From contig JAWAHN010000007.1 in the NCBI GenBank assembly GCA_038889235.1, forward strand, positions 1 through 5,369: a DNA stretch of 5,369 bases, written 5' to 3'. Below the pieces are notes generated by a model. The model searched no databases, was not told where the DNA came from, and worked only from the letters and a program-made list of their open reading frames with translations. Made by a program: the position numbers and the translations under genes. Position 1 is the first letter of the stretch. Each line of letters begins with the position of its first letter. Source of the DNA: Candidatus Jordarchaeales archaeon (lineage in GTDB: Archaea > Asgardarchaeota > Jordiarchaeia > Jordiarchaeales > Freyrarchaeaceae). This document shows, piece by piece, positions 1 through 5,369 of the stretch.

Positions 1-72
1 GACCAAGCCCGCTATTAATCCTCCGAGAACCGTGTAGACAGCGTTGAAAACGTACTCCAACAGCTCTCCCAC
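1..72 (-). CDS. 5' part of a probable membrane or secreted protein, running off the left edge
   Basis: Manual translation from GTG at 72..70 gives (M)GELLEYVFNAVYTVLGGLIAGLV, open to the window edge, with an 18-residue hydrophobic stretch typical of a TM helix or signal anchor. An in-frame TAA at 81..79 bounds it upstream. Only 24 codons are visible. Confidence 0.45.
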   Translation of the reverse strand, partial: MGELLEYVFNAVYTVLGGLIAGLV

Positions 73-96
73 CAGTGGTTATGCCGCTGAGTGAAC

Positions 97-130
97 TAAG
101 TACTATTTTCAATCAAGATTAAGTACTATT
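97..130. repeat. 11-bp direct repeat TAAGTACTATT x2, 23 nt apart, each with palindromic AGTACT core
   Basis: Exact copies at 97..107 and 120..130, lying 25-58 nt upstream of the minus-strand GTG at 72. An operator role is inference only. Confidence 0.5.
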
Positions 131-243
131 ATTTGCTAGGTTTCTCAACCACTTCAAGGTTTACCGCAACTTTATGCTCGCTTAAAGGTTCTTTATACCA
201 GAGTAGGTTTAGTTGAGTTTAAGTAGATGGAGTTTTTCAGCAT
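129..243 (-). pseudogene. Probable frameshifted small-gene remnant behind a strong ribosome-binding site
   Basis: ATG at 243..241 follows a perfect SD, but the frame stops after 16 codons (MLKNSIYLNSTKPTLV*, stop 195..193). An adjacent frame continues with protein-like LNLLWYKEPLSEHKVAVNLEVVEKPSK* to a stop at 131..129. Confidence 0.3.
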
Positions 244-248
244 TTAGT

Positions 249-256
249 TCACCTCC
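249..256 (-). promoter_or_regulatory. Shine-Dalgarno GGAGGTGA
   Basis: Plus-strand TCACCTCC at 249..256 is GGAGGTGA on minus, complementary to the conserved 16S rRNA 3' end, and lies 5 nt before ATG 243. Confidence 0.55.
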
Positions 257-446
257 TTATCACATCTACATGTTCTCCGCTCTCTCGCGGATTCAAAGGC
301 TTTGAGTTATCCAAGCTCAGGGAGAAAGACCCAGAGCTCTACAGCTACGTTGAGAGCATTGCTCACCGGAGTAGCTGGTCAAACTCTTCGAGTCGAAAGC
401 ACGCTTAGACACTTCAACACTTCAAACCCTACCCCGGGAGAAAGAA

Positions 447-470
447 CTTTCAATTCTTTGCATCGTATTC
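447..470 (-). CRISPR. Solitary (orphan) CRISPR repeat
   Basis: CTTTCAATTCTTTGCATCGTATTC matches the array consensus CTTTCAATTCTTTGTATTGTATTC at 22/24 positions, in the same orientation, 4114 nt from the nearest array repeat. The ATTGAAAG handle end is intact. Confidence 0.85.
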
Positions 471-991
471 GTCTGACCCCTCCGCTTCTCGATGCCTTCA
501 GAGTCCTCTCTAAACACGCTTTTGTCTCCAAATTTGGAAACAAGATGCGAAGGATCAAGAGGGACTAGGGTAAGACATCGATTGTTCTCTGTATTATGCG
601 TTACTTTGCTTCTCCAAAGCACGAGTGGGAGAAGAATACTGCATAGCTTAAACACTCCTGAGGGATTCCAGCTAGTGGAAGACTGAAACTGCAGAGATCC
701 CTTGAACCCGTGTACTTTCAATGGGCATTGATGTCTCGAAGATTCGTCGAAGACGCGAAGATTTTCACTTTGGGAAGTAATAGGTGAAAAAGCATCCTTC
801 TAGAGCTACTATTACTTGCCAATACCCCCTGTAGTTCAACGGCTTCGCTTCCAAGCAGAGGCTTCTTTTTATTAAGGAATCTAGCTCGCTCAGAGCTTTG
901 CGTAGAAACCTGCATCCAGCGGGGGCGCGTCTGGTTTGGGCTTCATAACGCTGATGTTCCTCACACAAGTATTTGTTGTAAAATCATGCTC

Positions 992-1006
992 AAGCTTAAA
1001 ACCCCA
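992..1006 (+). promoter_or_regulatory. Putative archaeal BRE/TATA promoter element AAGCTTAAAACCCCA upstream of the R-M gene
   Basis: Purine-rich AAG plus CTTAAAA, about 120 nt upstream of ATG 1124. It is identical over 15 nt to the motif in the CRISPR leader (4920..4934, minus). Confidence 0.45.
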
Positions 1007-1123
1007 GCATTTTGTGAGACAAACATGCGTTAGTGATAGGATTCTAGGTCCTCATAGGTTAAGGACGGATGTTGAAGTAGATTTTAATTTGAACCAGAGT
1101 TGTATTGAATATTTGGGGAAAAG

Positions 1124-4018
1124 ATGATCCCGGAGCCAACTGAAGACACTGTGACTAATCTTCTCGTTAAGGAGTTGGAGAAGTATGGTGTTAAGGCTGT
1201 ATCTTTTCCTAAGATTTCTACGCCCAGTGGTGTTAGAAAGCCTGACATTTGGTGCTCAAATAGCGGAGCATACGTCATTGAGGCTAAGTTCAAGGAGTCT
1301 GATCTAATTAAAGCTATAGCCAAAATTCAGAACGATTACATTAGATGGTTTGACGTTTTAGGTATCAAGGGCGGTTTTGCGGTTCTTTACCCTGAAGAGC
1401 TTATCAAACCTTTGCCTCCTGAAGTTTTAATGAGGAAGGCTCATCAGGCTAAGTTTAAAGTTGTGGCGATGTTTTCGCCGAAGGATGTTAGGAAAAGTTT
1501 TACGGTTTATGAGGGAACTTTGGCTGAAATTGCTAAGATACTTGCTGAGCATATTCTCACTCCTCCGGAACATGTTGAGCCAAGCGTGAATTACATAATA
1601 AAGGCATTGAGGGATTCAGCGGAATACATAACAGCTGCATTAAAACACTTGTCTGGGAGAGTGTTCGAGGATGTTTTTGGCGGGAAAGAAGTCTTTAAAA
1701 ACATTCTTCAATATGAAGAGCAGAAATATCCAGTTGAAACTTTAAGACTTGCTTCAGCCTATTTGCTAGTGAATCAGCTTCTTTTTTACCATGTTCTTTC
1801 TCGAAGAATGCCTGAAAAGTTCCCTGAAATTGACGCTGATGCTATTAAAAAACCAGCTGACTTAAATGTTTATTTTAAAAAAGTTTTGGATGTCAACTAT
1901 AGAGCGGTGTTTTCCTACGATGTAGCCTCAAAGATTCCGCCAAACTTCACGGACCGAGTTAAGGCTGTTATTAACGTTATCAAGGGCTTGTCTCCCGAAA
2001 AAGTGGGCGGAGATCTGCTTGGAACAATATTCCATGACTTGGTTCCTTTCGAAGTAAGAAAGACGGTTGGAGCCTTCTACACAAATGTCTTAGTTGCTGA
2101 ACTTCTTGCTTGGTTATCTATTGATAATCACAATTGCAAGGTCGCAGACTTTGCCGTAGGAAGCGGGGGCTTGCTCGTTGCTGCTTATCGAAGGAAACGC
2201 CATCTTTTGGAGAAGGAGAGAAAGTTCACCGAAGATGATCACAAACGGTTCGTTGGAAACGAACTTTTAGGCGTTGATATCATGCCTTTCGCCGCGAGTA
2301 TTGCTGCATGCCATCTCGCACTTCAATCCCCAGAGCATTTCACTAACAAGGTCAACATTGCGATTTGGGATTCAACAGAGCTTGAACCGGGCAGAACCAT
2401 TCCTTCAATAGCTAGCTTGAGATTTGTGCTTAAAGGGCAAACGACTCTTGAAATGTACCTTAAAAAACCCACTGAGAAATCCAAGGGCGTAGTGAGTCTC
2501 ACCGGGGAGATTCCCGAGGAGATTGTCCTCGAAAAATATGACGTTGTTATCATGAACCCTCCCTTCACAAGACAGGAGAGGATCCCCGAAGAATACAAAG
2601 ACTTATTATTTAAGAGGTTTAAGGACTACAAGGATTATCTTCATAGTCAGATGAGCTATTATGGCTACTTTGTATTGTTGGCTGACAGGTTTCTAAAGGA
2701 TAATGGTAGAATGGCGCTGGTCTTGCCAGCCACAGCCTTACATGTAAGGTCTGCGGAAGGACTCAGAAAACTGTGGGCTGAAAAATACCACGTAGAATAC
2801 ATCATTACTACATGGCATAGGCTCGCCTTTTCAGAAAGTGCGGTTTTCAGGGAGATTTTGCTGATTGCAAAGAAAACAAGACCTTCCAAGGATGCAGTTA
2901 CCAAAATCTGCGTCTTAAAAAGGCTTCCGGATAAGATGTCCAAAGCTCGTGAAATTGCAGACAAAATCAGAGAGCTGAAAAGCGACTATGAAGACGACGA
3001 AATTGCCGTTAAAATACATCCCTATGTAAAATTAACTGCTGATACAACTGACTGGTACAAATTCGTTTCCCTGAGCAATTTGAAACTTATAGAGATGTTG
3101 AATAACCTATTATCTTCTGAAAGGCTTGTCCCATTATCGCAGATTACAGAAGCGAAAGAGTGCGATCTAAGAGATTTCAAGTTCAAGGATTTTCACGGTT
3201 TTATCTTAAAGGATGCTAAGAGAATCCAAAGAAAAACTGATCACTGGTTTTTAGAAAAAGAAAAAGCAAATTCCATAGTGATTAAGCATAGTGAGTTCAT
3301 GCATACAATAGAAGTTCCATTAAATTGTCTAACTAGGGCGCTTAGAAGATTCTCCTATGTGAATACAATTGATGTAACAGAAAATTCAGATTACCTTATT
3401 CAGAGCTGGTTTGATAAAATACCGGAAATGGCAAAATACGCTCTATCATCAAAGGAACTTGATTCTCTTAATTCGAATGTTATCAGTTCATGGAAAAAGA
3501 GGTTTGAGAGAAAGAAAGCCCACTTGCTGTTAGCAAGAAGGCTTTACTTATCTTCTCCTGGTACGTGTTTAATTGCCTTTTACTCAGATGCTCCCATGGT
3601 GGGGGTTGATCTTTGGAGCCTAAGGGGGCTCAACAAAGAGGATGCAAAAATCCTTGCACTATGGCTAAACAGTTCCATAAACATCCTTCAACTCTTATAC
3701 CTTGGAGTTGCGTGCGAAGGACCATGGATGAAGATTCACGACTACATGTTCAACGGACTTCTCGTCCCGAATCCGAAAACGCTAACAATAGAAGAAAAAG
3801 AAGAACTACTTGAATTATTCAGAAAACTTGGAAAAGCGCCCTTTGAAAGCATAACAAAACAGCTAGAAAATGAAGACGAAAAAAGAAAAGCCATAGACAA
3901 AGCTTGGCTAAAATTACTTGGATACAAAGGAGATCCGGAAACATTCTTAACGCAAATTTACAGAGCTATTTTGGAAGAAATAAAGATTATTGAGCAATTA
4001 ATGCACGCGCGTGCATAG
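1124..4018 (+). CDS. Type IIG-like fused restriction endonuclease / N6-adenine DNA methyltransferase with C-terminal target recognition region (964 aa)
   Basis: Uninterrupted ORF. Nuclease motif P40-D41...E53-A-K55 (KPDIWCSNSGAYVIEAK). Helical linker region. MTase motif X (GAFYT), SAM-binding motif I DFAVGSG (aa 342-348), motif II GVDI, catalytic motif IV NPPF (aa 478-481, nt 2555..2566), motif VI-like FLKDNGRMALVLP. The I-before-IV order followed by a ~350-aa C-terminal region is the gamma-class / IIG layout. Specificity cannot be inferred. Confidence 0.93.
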   Translation: MIPEPTEDTVTNLLVKELEKYGVKAVSFPKISTPSGVRKPDIWCSNSGAYVIEAKFKESDLIKAIAKIQNDYIRWFDVLGIKGGFAVLYPEELIKPLPPEVLMRKAHQAKFKVVAMFSPKDVRKSFTVYEGTLAEIAKILAEHILTPPEHVEPSVNYIIKALRDSAEYITAALKHLSGRVFEDVFGGKEVFKNILQYEEQKYPVETLRLASAYLLVNQLLFYHVLSRRMPEKFPEIDADAIKKPADLNVYFKKVLDVNYRAVFSYDVASKIPPNFTDRVKAVINVIKGLSPEKVGGDLLGTIFHDLVPFEVRKTVGAFYTNVLVAELLAWLSIDNHNCKVADFAVGSGGLLVAAYRRKRHLLEKERKFTEDDHKRFVGNELLGVDIMPFAASIAACHLALQSPEHFTNKVNIAIWDSTELEPGRTIPSIASLRFVLKGQTTLEMYLKKPTEKSKGVVSLTGEIPEEIVLEKYDVVIMNPPFTRQERIPEEYKDLLFKRFKDYKDYLHSQMSYYGYFVLLADRFLKDNGRMALVLPATALHVRSAEGLRKLWAEKYHVEYIITTWHRLAFSESAVFREILLIAKKTRPSKDAVTKICVLKRLPDKMSKAREIADKIRELKSDYEDDEIAVKIHPYVKLTADTTDWYKFVSLSNLKLIEMLNNLLSSERLVPLSQITEAKECDLRDFKFKDFHGFILKDAKRIQRKTDHWFLEKEKANSIVIKHSEFMHTIEVPLNCLTRALRRFSYVNTIDVTENSDYLIQSWFDKIPEMAKYALSSKELDSLNSNVISSWKKRFERKKAHLLLARRLYLSSPGTCLIAFYSDAPMVGVDLWSLRGLNKEDAKILALWLNSSINILQLLYLGVACEGPWMKIHDYMFNGLLVPNPKTLTIEEKEELLELFRKLGKAPFESITKQLENEDEKRKAIDKAWLKLLGYKGDPETFLTQIYRAILEEIKIIEQLMHARA

Positions 4019-4413
4019 GTATCTCATGAAGGATCTCTCTAAGGTCATGTTTCCACCTCGGGACGTAGTAGAAGCATCTACGTTGGAGAGCTTTTACCTC
4101 TGAAGTAAGCTATCCAAGGTTAGCAGAGTTTGCTGAAGTCTGTTCAGGTGCAATTAATACTCGAGCACGGAGGTAGCACTGGCTAGGTTTATTCTTGAGA
4201 AGCAAAACGAAAGCTCAAACAAGTATGTAATGCAATTACTTTCCACCTTCCCGAGTCTACCTCTTTGTGAACTTGATTAGCGCATTACGTGCTTCTCTCC
4301 GGGTGCCTCCTTCCTCTGCTTTCCCTTTTTTCCTGGGTAGTTCGACTCCCGCTGCTTCTTCTCCTCTGATAGCCTCCGGTTCAGCCTCGCACGCTCTCGC
4401 AAGTTCTCTCTTA

Positions 4414-4497
4414 GATGTCTACTTCGGTGTTAAAGTAAGGAACTACGATAAAGCACTCGAGCTGGTGGGGCGCCTTGAAACACAAAAGGGACTGTAA
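4414..4497 (+). pseudogene. Possible 3' remnant of an unidentified gene
   Basis: Only the last 27 codons of ORF 4267..4497 look like real protein (DVYFGVKVRNYDKALELVGRLETQKGL*). The stop is followed 2 nt later by GGAGGT and an ATG, as at an operon junction. The family is not recognised. Confidence 0.3.
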
Positions 4498-4499
4498 AC

Positions 4500-4513
4500 G
4501 GAGGTTTGCTATG
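4500..4513 (+). promoter_or_regulatory. Shine-Dalgarno GGAGGT plus ATG opening an 18-codon ORF (4511..4567)
   Basis: GGAGGT at 4500..4505, 5-nt spacer, ATG at 4511; the frame reads MIAITMFQLFAPMPHPSA* and ends 17 nt before the array. Confidence 0.35.
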
Positions 4514-4584
4514 ATTGCTATTACAATGTTTCAACTATTTGCCCCCATGCCCCATCCCTCTGCATGATCAAAAAGTACGAAAAC

Positions 4585-4874
4585 CTTTCAATTCTCTCTA
4601 TTGTATTCTCGGAAGCGCTAACAACGCTACTGCTGTAGGCCTGTTGCACCTCTTTCAATTCTTTGTATTGGTATTCCTACATGCTGAAGCTGAGGAGGAT
4701 CAAGCGATTCTACGACATCTTCCAATTCTTTGTATTGTATTCCGCGAAGACATCATAGATGTCATTGTTGTTGATAAGTGGACCTTTCAATTTTTTGTAT
4801 TGTATTCACAAGCTCATGTACTCGTGTATCAGCGCCTTGATCCACGCGTGCTTTCAATTCTTTCTATTGTATTC
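4585..4874 (-). CRISPR. CRISPR array, 5 repeats / 4 spacers, crenarchaeal-type repeat (minus strand GAATACAATA(C/G)AAAGAATTGAAAG)
   Basis: Repeats at 4585..4608, 4652..4676 (1-nt insertion), 4719..4742, 4784..4807 and 4851..4874. Unique spacers of 43, 42, 41 and 43 nt. Orientation is inferred from the 3' ATTGAAAG end and the TATA-bearing leader on the right. Confidence 0.96.
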
Positions 4875-4945
4875 TGTGTGTGAGCTTTGATTTCGTCTCC
4901 TTAGTTTTGTTTACGAGGGTGGGGTTTTAAGCTTTAGGGTTGATC
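4875..4945 (-). promoter_or_regulatory. CRISPR leader with BRE/TATA (AAAGCTTAAAACCCC on minus, 4935..4921)
   Basis: Non-coding stretch adjoining the outermost repeat. The TTAAAA box (4930..4925) lies about 50 nt before the first repeat, which would put a start site about 25 nt before it. The distal limit of the leader is not determinable. Confidence 0.65.
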
Positions 4946-5212
4946 AAGTCTGTGGATGTTTTTATGGTGTTCATGGATATAGTTACGTTAATGATGCTGC
5001 ACTTTATTCACACCCGTACAGGAGTCTGCTGAGCAGTAGACGAAGCACTGTGTAGGTCCTTGACCCCTCAGAGTACTCACATGAGTGACTAGCCATGGGT
5101 GAACTTGGGAAGCACGAAGAACAAGTGTTCTACACTAGGAGACCTCGGAAGCAGCATCAATCATTAATCTTGCGATATGCCATAGATTACACTATGTGTT
5201 TGCTGTTCGGTA

Positions 5213-5229
5213 CACGTAGGGACTACGTG
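5213..5229. repeat. Perfect inverted repeat CACGTAG-gga-CTACGTG (operator or hairpin)
   Basis: 7-bp arms with a 3-nt centre, 25 nt past the stop of the minus-strand wHTH gene and upstream of the CRISPR leader. Confidence 0.5.
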
Positions 5230-5254
5230 CTTACATGCTCTACTCGTCGTATGT

Positions 5255-5369
5255 TTAAGCAGTTGCTTTGATCTGTTCTTCAAGTGTTTTCAAGTAGGAT
5301 TTTCCTTCTTCACTAATAGCGTACGCGTTTCTGCCGAGTGCTCTAACCTTACCTTCCTTCTTAAGCCTT
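5255..5369 (-). CDS. 3' end of a winged helix-turn-helix protein (probable transcriptional regulator), entering from the right edge
   Basis: Manual translation from 5368 gives RLKKEGKVRALGRNAYAISEEGKSYLKTLEEQIKATA* (stop 5257..5255). L-x-x-x-G-x-V, a wing, then Y-x-I-S-E-E-G-x-x-Y-L fits the end of MarR/PadR/ArsR-like wHTH domains. It is absent from the ORF track because the start is outside the window. Confidence 0.7.
   Translation of the reverse strand, partial: RLKKEGKVRALGRNAYAISEEGKSYLKTLEEQIKATA

Noticed and set aside
320-445. 10-nt direct repeat GGGAGAAAGA (320..329, 436..445) beside the orphan repeat
   Set aside because: Short and purine-rich, within chance expectation, and no element is evident between the copies.
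1055-1078. Possible repeat remnant downstream of the leader-like motif at 992, where a first repeat would be expected
   Set aside because: Only 8/24 identity (essentially TTGAA), so there is no support for a second leader-repeat unit.
302-1323. Short ORFs 302..568, 422..721, 492..686, 718..915, 936..1127, 1084..1323
   Set aside because: They overlap each other, the orphan repeat, the promoter motif or the R-M start. No family motifs or convincing RBS; not called as genes.
3303-3369. ATACAATAGAA (3303..3313) and GAATACAAT (3361..3369) resemble the minus-strand repeat start, about 60 nt apart
   Set aside because: They lie inside the coding region (HTIE / NTID), are opposite in orientation to the array, and lack the ATTGAAAG end; consistent with chance in AT-rich DNA.
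2323-3927. ORFs 2323..2598, 2665..2964, 3742..3927 (minus) and 3613..3813 (plus)
   Set aside because: All are nested in or antisense to the intact R-M gene, have no recognisable motifs, and look like shadow frames.
4528-4551. Possible sixth degenerate repeat (GTTTCAACTATTTG...)
   Set aside because: Only 12/24 identity, and the implied 33-nt spacer is outside the 41-43 nt range.
4609-4850. Self-targeting of the R-M gene by the spacers
   Set aside because: By eye no spacer has an extended match to the R-M gene on either strand. The only partial match (spacer 2 vs 542..568) is outside it and statistically weak.
4515-4883. 122-aa ORF running through the whole CRISPR array
   Set aside because: The plus-strand repeat has no stop codon in any frame, so read-through is expected. 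The repeats are read in different frames, the start is TTG without a matching SD, and it is antisense to the inferred crRNA.
992-4942. Classical IS or transposon interpretation of the inverted 15-mer
   Set aside because: No transposase or integrase is encoded and no target-site duplication flanks the motifs; kept only as a minor alternative in the findings.
5096-5272. 58-codon plus-strand ORF (MGELGKHEEQ...)
   Set aside because: No RBS or motif, it spans the palindrome, and it overlaps the 3' end of the better-supported minus-strand wHTH gene.

Overview
The window looks like a small archaeal defence locus. It is dominated by one intact 964-aa single-chain restriction-modification gene (1124..4018, +): N-terminal PD-(D/E)xK nuclease, N6-adenine methyltransferase core and C-terminal target-recognition region, i.e. 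Type IIG-like. Downstream is a short, eroded CRISPR array (five 24-25 nt repeats, four 41-43 nt spacers, 4585..4874). Its minus-strand repeat ends in ATTGAAAG, typical of Thermoproteota, and a leader with BRE/TATA lies to its right. No cas gene is recognisable. Three things stand out. First, a solitary 22/24 copy of the repeat sits at 447..470 in the same orientation, so the R-M gene lies between CRISPR repeats. Second, an exact 15-bp motif occurs inverted upstream of the R-M gene and in the CRISPR leader. Third, the methyltransferase has a PIP-box-like motif (QTTLEMYL) in an insertion. The flanks hold a partial winged-helix gene (right edge), a partial membrane-protein start (left edge) and decayed coding remnants. 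All calls are by eye; no database searches were run.
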